Assembly (NCBI GenBank): GCA_038207335.1
Contig: JBBQZX010000020.1
Location: forward strand, 32,001 to 96,000
Length of the DNA: 64,000 nt
Origin: Chthoniobacterales bacterium
Lineage (GTDB): Bacteria > Verrucomicrobiota > Verrucomicrobiia > Chthoniobacterales > Chthoniobacteraceae
Reading direction: 5' to 3'
How positions within the stretch are numbered: position 1 is the first letter of the stretch; each line of letters starts with the position of its first letter. Below the pieces are notes generated by a model. It worked only from the letters and a program-made list of their open reading frames with translations, searched no databases and was not told where the DNA came from. The position numbers and the translations under genes are program-made. Positions 46,393-56,163 of the stretch are shown one piece after another.

Positions 46393-47127
46393 TCACTTTT
46401 TCTGAAAAGTAATGATGTGCTGCTGCGGCAAAATCTCGCTCGTCTCCACAAACGCGAGCCCCGGATGCACCGCCATCTCTTTCTTCACCTGCGCCTCGCT
46501 CATCTTGTGCAGTTCCTTGATCGAGATCTTCGGGTCCTCCTTCCGATACTCCACGAAGACGATCCGCCCCCCCGGCTTCAGCCCCGCGACCATATTCTCG
46601 ATCATCTCATACGGGTGATCGAACTCGTGATACACATCGACCATCAGCATTAGATCGCACGACCCCGCCGGCAGCTTCGGGTCCGTGATTTCGCCGAGGA
46701 TCGGCTCCACCCGCTCGCGCACCTTCCGCTTCGCCATATTGATCATCAGCAGGTCCAGCATTTCCTGCTGAATATCGACCGCAAAAACCTTCCCTGTCTC
46801 CCCGATCTTCCGCGCCATTCGCCAGCTAAAATAACCGCTCCCCGCGCCGATATCCGCCACCGCATCGCCCGCCTTCAGCGCCAGCGCATCGACCAGAGCA
46901 TCCGTCCCCTCCTCCTCCTCGCGCTCCGGCCGCTCCAGCCATTGCCAGGCCTGATGCCCCATGACATGCGCGATCTCGCGCCCGAGGAAAAACTTCCCGA
47001 TCCCATTCGGATCATGCTCCGCCTGCTCCGTGTAGAGCGGCTCCGGCTTCGGCTCGGCGCGCAGATTTGTGGAAAAAGCGAGCGCCGCGAACAGCAGCGC
47101 GCGTGGGAAAAGTCGGGAGGCATTCAT
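46393..47127 (-). CDS. Signal-peptide-bearing class I SAM-dependent methyltransferase
   Basis: Hydrophobic N-terminus; GREIAHVMGH...WLERPEREEEE; VADIGAGSGYF; VDVYHEF; LKPGGRIVFVEYR; LPQQH. Confidence 0.85.
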   Translation of the reverse strand: MNASRLFPRALLFAALAFSTNLRAEPKPEPLYTEQAEHDPNGIGKFFLGREIAHVMGHQAWQWLERPEREEEEGTDALVDALALKAGDAVADIGAGSGYFSWRMARKIGETGKVFAVDIQQEMLDLLMINMAKRKVRERVEPILGEITDPKLPAGSCDLMLMVDVYHEFDHPYEMIENMVAGLKPGGRIVFVEYRKEDPKISIKELHKMSEAQVKKEMAVHPGLAFVETSEILPQQHIITFQKK

Positions 47128-47237
47128 GGAAAAAGTGCGCCGATCAAATACCGCCGCGGCGCGGTTGCCAACGCGTTTGCGCGCAAGTTTTCGACTTCAA
47201 CGCTGCACCCGCGTTTCTGCCGATCGCCTCTGCCAAC

Positions 47238-48674
47238 TCACACCACCGAGCCCGTCAGGTCATACACCTGCGTGCCGTCGATTCGCACGTTCACGAACTC
47301 CCCGACCGGCGCTGGCTCGCGTAGCAAAATGCGCCCGTCGATGTCCGGCGCGTCCGCCGCGCCGCGCGCGATCAGCGGCTGATCCACCAGCGCGCGGATC
47401 GTCTTCCCGACTTGCGCCGCGGAGACTTCGCGAGCGATGCGCTGCTGCAGCTTCATTGCTTTTTTGTAGCGCGCCTTTTTCACCTTCTGCGGCAGTTGAC
47501 CCTCCATCTTCGCCGCGCGCGAACCCTCCTCCTGCGAGTAGCAAAACACCCCGAGCCGTTCGAATCGCGTGCGCGTGATGAAGTCGAGGAGATACTCGAA
47601 TTCCTCCTCCGTCTCGCCTGGAAACCCCACGATGAAAGTCGTCCGAATCGCGATCCCCGGAATTCCCGCGCGAATCCGCGCGATGAGCGTCTCGATGTGC
47701 TCACTGCTCGTCTCGCGCCGCATTAGTTCCAGCATCCGCGGATGGATGTGCTGCAACGGCATATCGATGTAACGCGCGACTTTTTCACACGCCGCGATCG
47801 TCGCGATCAGCTCATCACTCCAGTGCGCCGGATGCGTGTAGAGCAGCCGAATCCAGAACTCCCCCTCGATCGCATTCAGCTCGCGCAGAAGCGCCGTGAG
47901 CGTCGGCCCGCGCGACGAATCTACCAGCGCCGTCGGCCCCGCTTTTTCTTCCCACAAATCCATCCCGAAATACGTCGTGTCCTGGCTGATCAAATTGATC
48001 TCCTTCACCCCCTCCGCGACCAGCGCGCGCACTTCCGCCACCACGCTCGCGATCGTGCGCGAACGATGCTTCCCGCGCATTTGCGGGATCACGCAAAAGC
48101 TGCACGGGTGATTGCACCCCTCCGCGATCTTCGTGAAAACCGTGTGCGAAGGTGTCAGCCGAAAGCGCGGCGTATCGAAGTCCGGAATGTAAACCGGCTT
48201 GCGTGTCACAAGATTCAGCGGCTGCCACGCGTCGTCGGTCAGCGTTGAAGATTGCGCATCGAGCGGCGCACTCGGCCGCGCCAAAACCTGCTCGATGATT
48301 CCCGCCGCGTCGGCCACTTGATCGAGCCCGATGAACGCATCGACCTCCGGCATTTCGCTCGCGAGTTGTTTTGAAAATCGCTGCGCCATGCAGCCGCTCA
48401 CGATCAGCTTTTGCCCCGCGCGCTTCTTCAAACCGCGCGACTCGTGCGCCTCCAGAATCGCCTCGATCGACTCTTCCTTCGCTGAGTCGATGAACGCGCA
48501 AGTATTCACGATGAGCACATCCGCCTCATCCGCGTTGCTCGTGATTTCCATCCCGCGCCCGAGTACGCCGCCAAGCATGATCTCCGCATCGACGAGATTT
48601 TTCGCGCAGCCGAGCGAGATCATCCCTACCTTTTTGACGACGGACTTCGGTGAAAGTAAATCGACGGTGCTCAT
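47238..48674 (-). CDS. rimO: Ribosomal protein S12 methylthiotransferase
   Basis: SLGCAKNLVDAE, NTCAFIDSAKEES, KIAEGCNHPCSFCVIP (radical SAM CxxxCxxC), RTTFIVGFPGETEEEF, APDIDG (TRAM). Confidence 0.95.
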   Translation of the reverse strand: MSTVDLLSPKSVVKKVGMISLGCAKNLVDAEIMLGGVLGRGMEITSNADEADVLIVNTCAFIDSAKEESIEAILEAHESRGLKKRAGQKLIVSGCMAQRFSKQLASEMPEVDAFIGLDQVADAAGIIEQVLARPSAPLDAQSSTLTDDAWQPLNLVTRKPVYIPDFDTPRFRLTPSHTVFTKIAEGCNHPCSFCVIPQMRGKHRSRTIASVVAEVRALVAEGVKEINLISQDTTYFGMDLWEEKAGPTALVDSSRGPTLTALLRELNAIEGEFWIRLLYTHPAHWSDELIATIAACEKVARYIDMPLQHIHPRMLELMRRETSSEHIETLIARIRAGIPGIAIRTTFIVGFPGETEEEFEYLLDFITRTRFERLGVFCYSQEEGSRAAKMEGQLPQKVKKARYKKAMKLQQRIAREVSAAQVGKTIRALVDQPLIARGAADAPDIDGRILLREPAPVGEFVNVRIDGTQVYDLTGSVV

Positions 48675-48693
48675 GGAGAATTTGGGCCGGGAA

Positions 48694-49533
48694 TCATTGA
48701 ATTGGTTGCCCCGCAGCATACTCCACGGGCTCGCCGTTTTTGCGGATCGCGATGAGATCGGGCTCGCGCGCTTCGACGTAAAATCGCGCGCCGCGCAGCT
48801 TTAGCGGAGGATCATTTGGGTAAAGGTAGTCCACGAAAATGGGCGTGGACTTTGGATCATCCCGGCGCACTTGCACCCACGTTTTTTTCTTCGCCGCGAT
48901 CAAGACCTCATTCACCACGTCGCCGTCCGCCGCCGTGATTTTTACCACCGGCTCCGCCCGTCGAATCTCCGGCGCGGGCTCAGCCACCGCCACCGCCGCC
49001 TCCGGCGCGGGCATCGGAGTCGCCGCGGGCACCGTCGCTTTCACGACCGGCACAGGCGTGGAAACAAGCGCTGGAGCCACTTTCGGAGCGGGTGTCGTCG
49101 CTGCGACTGCCGTCTCGCCGAGCCCGAGACGCTGCGCCGTCACGCGCAGATAAAATCCAAAAACCAGCACGATGATGAGGCCCGCCGCGACGACGAGAGG
49201 CACGACTGAGGGCGTCTTTGGCTTCGATGAAAAGCGCTGAATCGGCTCGGCTGCGGGCGGGGCGGCGTTGCTGAGATATTGATAATCGCGGACGCGCAAA
49301 TCGTGCGGCACATCGAGCGCGCGGGTTTCCTCCTCCACATCGACGTGGAGAAATCTCGCGTAGAGCAGCAGAAACCCCTTCGCATACGCGTTGCTCCCAA
49401 AGCGGCTGAGGTCGTCGTTTTCGAGTGCGAGAATTTTGTCCGGCCGCATCTTCGTAGCGTGCGCCGCCTCGTCGATCGTCAGCCCGCGCTTCAGCCGCGC
49501 TTGCGAGAGTCGTTTACCTGCGGAGTCGGACAT
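48694..49533 (-). CDS. rodZ: RodZ-like protein (HTH, TM helix, DUF4115-like C-terminus)
   Basis: GKRLSQARLKRGLTIDEAAHATKMRPDKILALENDD...YAKGFLLLYARFL, single TM, C-terminal TWVQVRRD; directly upstream of rimO. Confidence 0.8.
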   Translation of the reverse strand: MSDSAGKRLSQARLKRGLTIDEAAHATKMRPDKILALENDDLSRFGSNAYAKGFLLLYARFLHVDVEEETRALDVPHDLRVRDYQYLSNAAPPAAEPIQRFSSKPKTPSVVPLVVAAGLIIVLVFGFYLRVTAQRLGLGETAVAATTPAPKVAPALVSTPVPVVKATVPAATPMPAPEAAVAVAEPAPEIRRAEPVVKITAADGDVVNEVLIAAKKKTWVQVRRDDPKSTPIFVDYLYPNDPPLKLRGARFYVEAREPDLIAIRKNGEPVEYAAGQPIQ

Positions 49534-49654
49534 AGAGTGAGTGAAGTCGCCGGAGCGACCGCCACTAAAGCCTGACATCCTGCCGCGCGAAACAGCGAAG
49601 TGAACGCCGCGCTCGCGAAAATCTCGACTTCGCGTTATCCCGGCACCCTCCCGC

Positions 49655-51793
49655 ATGAAAATCTCCCTGCCAAAATTTACGGCGCTTCTCCTCCTCTTTA
49701 CGACCGCATTCGCCGCTGCAAACCCGCCGGATGCGAAGCTGAAATTCGTCGACGGCGGCGTCGAGATTGATGCGGACAGCGTCGGAAAATTCACGCTCGA
49801 ATACCCCGAGATGCTCGGCGAAGGCCGCAAGCCCATCCACAAACTCATCGACAAAAAACTTGCCCTCGCGAGCGCGGCGCTGAGCTACGAAGGGGGACTG
49901 CAACTTGATCTCAGAGTGGAAGCGGGCGTGTTGAAAGCGAAGTTTTCCGAGACTCCTGCGGACATCAAGGACGTGGCGTGGGGCCTGTTCGTTCCTATTG
50001 CCTTTAATCAAGGCGGCTCATGGAAAGCCGGAGACAAAACAGGAGCCTTCCCGAAAGAGAAACCCGCATCGCCGCACCTTTACCAAGGCAACTCCGACAA
50101 CCTCGAAATCTCCAACTACGAGGGCAAGAGCTTGGCGTTGAAAGTTCCGGCCTACTCCTTTGTCGAAGTCACCGACAATCGCGAGTGGCACTGGGCGATC
50201 TTTCATGTCCGCTTCACCACGCCTTTCGCTCCCGACCGCAAGGAAATGTCCTTCACAGCCACCACCCACGAATCAGCGGCAAAGGCCGCGCCGCTTGTGG
50301 ACTCGCTAGGCCAGTCCGCGCGTGAAGATTGGCCGGGGAAAGTCAAAGACATCAAAGAACTCGCTGCCGATGTGGAAGCCGACAAGAGCTACTACGCAAA
50401 CCTCACGCCGCCTCCCGTCGGCCCGTATGGAGGACTACTCGGCAGCAAGGAGAAGCTGGGTCTCAAATCCACCGGCTTCTTTCATCTCGAAAAGAAAGGC
50501 GAGCGTTGGCTGCTCGCTGATCCCGCGGGCGACGCATTTTTTCACCTCGGCCTTTGCTCCGCGCAGCCCAGCGAAGACTACACTTTGGTCAAAGGCCGCG
50601 AGTCCTCCTATGAGTGGCTCCCGCCGCACGACGGCGAGTTCGCAACCGCTTGGCGCGATGGGAATTCCGTCTCCTTTCACCTCGTCAACATGATCCGCAA
50701 GTTCGGCGAACCAATTGACAGCGCCCGCTACACGACGCGCATGATTGAGCGGATGCGAAAGTGGGGCTTCAACTCCAGCGGTGCCTTCACCGGAGGAGGC
50801 TTGGAGACGAGAAAGGCTTTGAACTATCCCGGCACCGAGCACCTTCAGCTAGGTGTCGAGGCGCTGCCCGGGATCGGTCAGGTCTGGGATCCTTTCGACG
50901 AAAAGACGCGCGCGAAGATCGAGGAAAGCCTTGCAAAGTCTCTTCCTGAGCGTGCCGACGATCCGCTCATCATCGGATACTTCATCACGAACGAACCGAT
51001 CTACGAAAACATCCAGCACGTCGTCCCTTCGCTCAAGGCCAGCGAGCACGCCTGCAAGCGGCGCTTCGTGCAACTCCTGGAACAAAAATATAAGTCCCCT
51101 GCGGCCTTCAACACAGCGTGGAAGACAAGCATCAAAGCCTTTGACGAACTGGGCGAAATGGTCGTGCCGGTCGAAACCGCTACCGCAAAGACCGACGTGC
51201 AGGAATACGTATGCATCTTCCTCGAAGAATACTTTCGCCTCGTCTCGGAAAACTTCCGCAAGCACGACACGCATCACCTTCTGCTCGGAAGCAGACTCAT
51301 GCCCGGCACGATCAATGACGAGCAGCTCTGCCTCATCATGGGCAAGTATGTCGATGTCATGTCCTTCAACTACTACACCAATGCCATGGACACCGGCTTC
51401 CTTCGCCGCATCCATGGGTGGTGCGGACGCCCCATCATGCTGAGCGAGTTTTATTGGTCTGCGGCAAAGGAAAGCGGCCTCACTGGCGGGCGCGAAGTAG
51501 CCACCCAGCAGGAGCGCGGGCTGGCCTATCGCAACTACGTCGAGCAAGCCGCCGCGACCGGCCTAGTAGTTGGCATCGAATGGTTCACGCTCAACGATCA
51601 GGCCGTCACTGGCCGATGGTTTCAAGGCTACGACGGCGAGCGCGCGAATACCGGAGTCCTATCCGTCGCCGACCGCCCCTGGAAAGCCGCGCTCGCCGAG
51701 ATGATGGCGACGAACTACGAAATCTATAAAGTCCTCCTCGGTCAGCGCCCGCCATTCCAATGGGACGACCCACGATTCAATGTCACCCACTAA
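49655..51793 (+). CDS. Secreted clan GH-A glycoside hydrolase, GH50 (beta-agarase)-like
   Basis: Signal peptide; TGFFHLEK...WLLADPAG, RMRKWGFNS, DPFD, DDPLIIGYFITNEP, DVMSFNYY, RPIMLSEF, TQQERG..Y, VGIEWF; substrate not determinable from sequence. Confidence 0.7.
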   Translation: MKISLPKFTALLLLFTTAFAAANPPDAKLKFVDGGVEIDADSVGKFTLEYPEMLGEGRKPIHKLIDKKLALASAALSYEGGLQLDLRVEAGVLKAKFSETPADIKDVAWGLFVPIAFNQGGSWKAGDKTGAFPKEKPASPHLYQGNSDNLEISNYEGKSLALKVPAYSFVEVTDNREWHWAIFHVRFTTPFAPDRKEMSFTATTHESAAKAAPLVDSLGQSAREDWPGKVKDIKELAADVEADKSYYANLTPPPVGPYGGLLGSKEKLGLKSTGFFHLEKKGERWLLADPAGDAFFHLGLCSAQPSEDYTLVKGRESSYEWLPPHDGEFATAWRDGNSVSFHLVNMIRKFGEPIDSARYTTRMIERMRKWGFNSSGAFTGGGLETRKALNYPGTEHLQLGVEALPGIGQVWDPFDEKTRAKIEESLAKSLPERADDPLIIGYFITNEPIYENIQHVVPSLKASEHACKRRFVQLLEQKYKSPAAFNTAWKTSIKAFDELGEMVVPVETATAKTDVQEYVCIFLEEYFRLVSENFRKHDTHHLLLGSRLMPGTINDEQLCLIMGKYVDVMSFNYYTNAMDTGFLRRIHGWCGRPIMLSEFYWSAAKESGLTGGREVATQQERGLAYRNYVEQAAATGLVVGIEWFTLNDQAVTGRWFQGYDGERANTGVLSVADRPWKAALAEMMATNYEIYKVLLGQRPPFQWDDPRFNVTH

Positions 51794-51802
51794 AAACGCT
51801 CT

Positions 51803-52615
51803 ATGAACTCACGCCGCCTGCTTATCCGCGCTCTGCCCATCGGTATCGCTCTTGTCGTCGTCTGCTTCCAATATTTCTCCTCCGACAAAATCACGAACGA
51901 AGCGGGGCGCTCCGCGCGCCACGCGCTCAATCCGCAGCAGGAGGAAGCGCTCGGTTTGCAGAGCTACAAGCAAGTCCTCCAGCAGTCGCAGATCATCGAC
52001 TCCGGGCCTGAATTCGACCGTGTCACGCGCGTGGCGCAGGGGCTCGCGGCGGCCACAGGCACGTCGGCGAAAGGCTTCGATTGGCGCGTGTCGCTCGTCC
52101 GCAGCTCGCAGGTGAATGCCTTCTGCCTGCCCGGCGGCAAGATCGTCGTCTATACCGGCATCCTCCCCGTCGCGCGCACCGATGAAGGACTTGCCACCGT
52201 CATGGGCCACGAAATGGCGCATGCGACGCTGCGCCACGGCTCCGAGCGGCTGCTCCAGCAAAAGGCCACGCAGACGGTGATGACCGGCGTGCAGACCTCC
52301 GTCGGCGACATGAGCTACGAACAGCAGCGCGCGATCATGGGTGCCATCGGCGCGGGCGCGCAATACGGGCTCCTGCTGCCATTCAGCCGCGAGCACGAGA
52401 GCGAGGCGGATAAAGTCGGCCTCCTCTACATGGCGCGCGCCGGCTACGACCCGCGCGAAGCCGTCGAATTTTGGACGCGCATGAGCCAAGTCTCCTCCGG
52501 TGGCAAGCCGCCCGAATTCATGTCCACCCACCCCTCCGACTCCACCCGCATCGCCCAGCTCAAGAAGCTCCTGCCCGCAGCCGAAGCCGAATACGAGCAA
52601 GCGAAGCCGCGCTGA
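51803..52615 (+). CDS. M48 family zinc metallopeptidase
   Basis: VNAFCLPGGKIVVYTG, GHEMAHA (HEXXH), FSREHESEAD, FMSTHPS. Confidence 0.92.
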   Translation: MNSRRLLIRALPIGIALVVVCFQYFSSDKITNEAGRSARHALNPQQEEALGLQSYKQVLQQSQIIDSGPEFDRVTRVAQGLAAATGTSAKGFDWRVSLVRSSQVNAFCLPGGKIVVYTGILPVARTDEGLATVMGHEMAHATLRHGSERLLQQKATQTVMTGVQTSVGDMSYEQQRAIMGAIGAGAQYGLLLPFSREHESEADKVGLLYMARAGYDPREAVEFWTRMSQVSSGGKPPEFMSTHPSDSTRIAQLKKLLPAAEAEYEQAKPR

Positions 52616-52623
52616 TATCCCCC

Positions 52624-54297
52624 ATGCTTCTCCGCCCCCTGCTCCTCGCCCTGCTCCTGCCTCTGGTCGCGAGCGCCGCCGAGCCGCTCCGCACGGAGAC
52701 CAATGTCCCGCTCGAAATCGCCTTCGCCGCCGCGCGCCCGAGCACCGACCCTTTCAACGACATCACCCTCGACGTCACCTTCACCGACCCAACGGGCGCC
52801 GAGCGCAAAGTCCCAGCATTCTGGGACGGCGGCAATCGGTGGAAAGTCCGCTACGCCTCCCCGCTCCCCGGACAGCATCGCTGGCGCACCATTTGCAGCG
52901 ACTCCGCCGACACCGGCCTCCACGGCATCACCGGCCTAGCCGAGATCACCCCCTATCTCGGCGACAACCCGCTTTTCCGCCACGGCCCCATCGCCATCGC
53001 GCCCGACCGCCGCCATTTCCAGCACGCCGATGGCACCCCATTTTTCTGGCTCGGCGATACCTGGTGGATGGGCCTCAGCCACCGTCTCCACTGGCCCGGG
53101 GAATTCCAGCGCCTCACCGCCGACCGCACAGCAAAAGGCTTCAACATCGTCCAGATTGTCGCCGGCCTTTACCCCGACATGCCCGCCTTCGACCCGCGCG
53201 GCGCCAATGAAGCCGGCTTTCCGTGGGAGAAGGATTACACCAGCATCCGCCCCGCGTATTTCGACGCCGCGGACGTCCGCATCCGCCACCTCATCGACAG
53301 CGGCATCACACCGTGCATCGTCGGCGCGTGGGGCTACTTCCTGCCGTGGATGGGCGTCGAGAAAATGAACGCGCACTGGCGCAATCTCATCGCCCGATAC
53401 AGCGCATGGCCCGTCGTCTGGTGCGCCGCTGGCGAGGCAAACCTCCCTTACTATCTCGCAAAAAACTTCCCCTACGACGACCGCGAGCAAGTCCACGGCT
53501 GGACCGCAGTCCTTCGCTACATCCGCGCCACCGACCCCTTTCGACGCCCCCTCACCATCCACCCCACCGGCATCGGACGCCTCAGCGCCCGGCACGCCAC
53601 CGACGATCCCGCCCTCCTCGACTTCGACCTTTTACAGACCCCCCACGCCCAGCGCGAAGGCATCGGCCCGGTCATCCGCACCATCCGCGAATCGTATGCC
53701 GACACCCCCGTCATGCCCGTCATCAATGGAGAAGCCGCCTACGAAATGCTCGGTGACAAGCTCCCCGTCCAATGGACACGCGCCGCATTCTGGCTCTGCC
53801 TCATCGACGGTGCCGCCGGCCACACCTATGGCGCCAATGGCATCTGGCAGCTCAACCGCCCCGGCGACCCTCACGGCCCCTCGCCGACCGCCGGCAGCCC
53901 ACCCACCGGCTACGGCACCATCACATGGGAGGAAGCGATGCGCCTCCCCGGCTCCACCCAAGTCTCCCTCGGCCGGCGCTTCATCGAGTCCCTCCCGTGG
54001 ACAAAGCTCATCTCCATGCCCGGCACCGCCACATGGGACACACCCGCACCCGGCGACCCTCTCATCGCTCCCCAAGCATGCGGCATCGGCGAAAATCTCC
54101 GCCTCATCTACATCCTCGACCCGCGCGCCATCCGCATCACCGGACTCACCCCCGGCGTCCCGTATCGCCTCACCCACTTCGACCCCATCACCGGCGAGCG
54201 CGCCTCGGCCCCGTCGCTCACCCCCGACTCAAAAGGCGATCTCCAAATCGATCCACCCGTCCACGGCCACGACTGGGTCATCCTATTGGAAAAGTGA
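52624..54297 (+). CDS. Secreted DUF5060/DUF4038 glycoside hydrolase (GH140 apiosidase-like)
   Basis: Signal peptide; AFWDGGNRWKVRY; DGTPFFWLGDTWW; KGFNIVQ; LTIHPTG; PVINGEAAYE; GAAGHTYGANGIW; C-terminal DWVILL. Confidence 0.75.
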   Translation: MLLRPLLLALLLPLVASAAEPLRTETNVPLEIAFAAARPSTDPFNDITLDVTFTDPTGAERKVPAFWDGGNRWKVRYASPLPGQHRWRTICSDSADTGLHGITGLAEITPYLGDNPLFRHGPIAIAPDRRHFQHADGTPFFWLGDTWWMGLSHRLHWPGEFQRLTADRTAKGFNIVQIVAGLYPDMPAFDPRGANEAGFPWEKDYTSIRPAYFDAADVRIRHLIDSGITPCIVGAWGYFLPWMGVEKMNAHWRNLIARYSAWPVVWCAAGEANLPYYLAKNFPYDDREQVHGWTAVLRYIRATDPFRRPLTIHPTGIGRLSARHATDDPALLDFDLLQTPHAQREGIGPVIRTIRESYADTPVMPVINGEAAYEMLGDKLPVQWTRAAFWLCLIDGAAGHTYGANGIWQLNRPGDPHGPSPTAGSPPTGYGTITWEEAMRLPGSTQVSLGRRFIESLPWTKLISMPGTATWDTPAPGDPLIAPQACGIGENLRLIYILDPRAIRITGLTPGVPYRLTHFDPITGERASAPSLTPDSKGDLQIDPPVHGHDWVILLEK

Positions 54298-54474
54298 CAG
54301 CGGCTCACCGTCTTGCGATTTCTCACTCCACATCCCAGCCCTTTGTTCATCTCCAAATGGCGTTTTACGAAGGCACTCGTCGGCCCAACGTGGAAACGCA
54401 CAGCCGCGGCGTCCGTCTCTGGCGAATCACTATGCCGACCCCCGGCATTCAGAAAACCAAACTCCAAAAAAACT

Positions 54475-54978
54475 ATGAACGAAGAGATCTCCAAAGAACC
54501 ACTCGACACGAATCCTGACCCGATCACGGGTGAACCCGGCGCTCATCCAGTTTCCACAGGTGTGGGCGCGGCGGCTGCAGGCGCTGCAGGCGCGGCGATC
54601 GGCGCGGTGGCCGGGCCGGTCGGCATCATCGCAGGCGCAGTGATCGGAGCCGTGGCCGGTGGCTACGGCGGGCACGCCGTCGGCGAGGCCGTCGATCCGT
54701 CCGCCGAAGACGCCTACTGGCGGGAAAATCACTCGAAGCAGGCCTATGCGATGCCGAGCGAGAGCTTCGACGCGTTCGCTCCTGCCTACCGCACGGGCTA
54801 CGAGGGCTACGCGCAACACGGGGCGACGGCGAAGTCTTTTGATGAGGCTGAGGAGCACCTGCGCGCGCACTACGCGAAGAGCAATCCGGGTCTGCCGTGG
54901 GAGCGGGTGCGAGAGGCGAGTCGCCTAGCTTGGAATCACGCGCAAGCGGCGATCACCGGCACGAACCCGGAGCGCTGA
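54475..54978 (+). CDS. Conserved hypothetical protein with glycine zipper
   Basis: DPITGEPGAHPVSTGVGAAAAGAAGAAIGAVAGPVG..., EDAYWR, PAYRTGY, WERVREASRLAW. Confidence 0.75.
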   Translation: MNEEISKEPLDTNPDPITGEPGAHPVSTGVGAAAAGAAGAAIGAVAGPVGIIAGAVIGAVAGGYGGHAVGEAVDPSAEDAYWRENHSKQAYAMPSESFDAFAPAYRTGYEGYAQHGATAKSFDEAEEHLRAHYAKSNPGLPWERVREASRLAWNHAQAAITGTNPER

Positions 54979-55005
54979 GCACAGCTCCTATTTTACTTAA
55001 AAACT

Positions 55006-55039
55006 GCCGCTCCGGGAGTCCGGAGCGGCGTTTTGTTTT
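55006..55039 (+). terminator. Rho-independent terminator
   Basis: GCCGCTCCGG-gagt-CCGGAGCGGC followed by GTTTTGTTTT. Confidence 0.8.
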
Positions 55040-55264
55040 CTGATTTGAAGCTCGCTAACTTTTTACTAAATCTTTGCGAACCGCGTCTTCCGGTAGCCGT
55101 CAGAACAGCATCGAAGTGAAGAGGGACGCGAGGCCCAGCGTGAGATCAAAAAGCCCCACGCCGGCAAAGATTGCGCGGAAATCCAAAGCTCGGAAAAGCT
55201 ATCTTGCCGCACTTTTGCTCTGATGTGAATTCGGAGCAGATACAAGTCGCCTTTGACCGATACG

Positions 55265-55994
55265 ATGAAAACTCTTCTTCTTACTCTTTGCTTCACAGCA
55301 CTCATTGTAGGTCGCATCGGCGCAGTCGAGTTCAGCACCGTCGAGTTTGCTGGCAAACGGTTCACTGTCTGTCGCGTGGATGTCCGCGAGGAGCACATCC
55401 AGTTGTTTCATCGCGATGAGACGGGCCAGCCGTTCAAGCGCTTCGACCGACTCGTGCCGTGGCTCGAGGCGCGCGGCCAGAAGCTCACCCTCGCCATGAA
55501 TGCCGGTATGTATCACGGCGATTTCTCCGCCGTCGGGCTCTTCGTGGCCGGCGGCAAGCAACTCGTGCCGCTCAACACGGCCAACGCTTACGGCAACTTT
55601 TTCCTCAAGCCGAATGGCGTTTTCGCCGTGACCGATAAGGGAGCGCGAGTCATCGAGGCGTCCGAGTTTCCAAAGCTGCACGAGCGCGTCACGGTTGCCA
55701 CGCAGTCCGGCCCGATGCTCGTGATTGGCGGCAAGCTCCATCCCGCGTTCAAAGCCGGCGCCGACTCGCGCCTTTTCCGCAACGGCGTCGGTGTCCCATC
55801 GACGGGCATTGCGCTGTTCGTCATCAGCGAGGCGCCCGTGAACTTCTACGAATTCGCCACGCTCTTCCGTGACAAGCTTCACTGCCCCGACGCGCTCTTT
55901 CTCGACGGCACGAATCTCCAGCCTTTACGCGCCAAAGCTCAACCGAAACGAGTTCCGAATGGCTCTGGGGCCGATTATCGGAGTCACTGAATGA
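55265..55994 (+). pseudogene. Phosphodiester glycosidase (NAGPA/YigE-like) family protein with a 1-nt frameshift near the 3' end (or sequencing error)
   Basis: AMNAGMYH, GNFFLKPNGVF, ATQSGPMLVI, RNGVGV, ALFLDG; removing one A at 55913-55914 restores DGTISSLYAPKLNRNEFRMALGPIIGVTE* ending at 55994. Confidence 0.7.
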
Positions 55995-56163
55995 GCCAAC
56001 CCATCGGCTTCCGCCTCGCTGAGAGACCATCGGACCGGCGCACACAGGTAGAGTCTTGGATGAACATCTACACCTGCAAAGCGGGTTCAAAATCGCCTCG
56101 GGTGCTAACCGCGGCGCAATTGTAATTGCCTACTTTGCCCCGGGCGCACCCGCGGGTGCCACT

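Larger units (their letters stand above)
46226..47233. mobile_element. Candidate non-autonomous insertion cassette bounded by 37-bp inverted repeats, carrying a methyltransferase gene
   Basis: 46226-46262 GCAGAGGCGATTGGCAGAAACGCGGACGCAGCGTTGA and 47197-47233 TCAACGCTGCACCCGCGTTTCTGCCGATCGCCTCTGC are 34/37 inverted matches; no transposase and no clear target-site duplication. Confidence 0.5.

Noticed and set aside
55066..55398. 110-aa minus-strand ORF
   Set aside because: Overlaps the glycosidase start and has no recognisable motif; possibly spurious or a remnant.
49655..55994. Integron-like cassette array among co-oriented genes
   Set aside because: No attC-like repeats or integrase seen; several gaps are under 10 nt.
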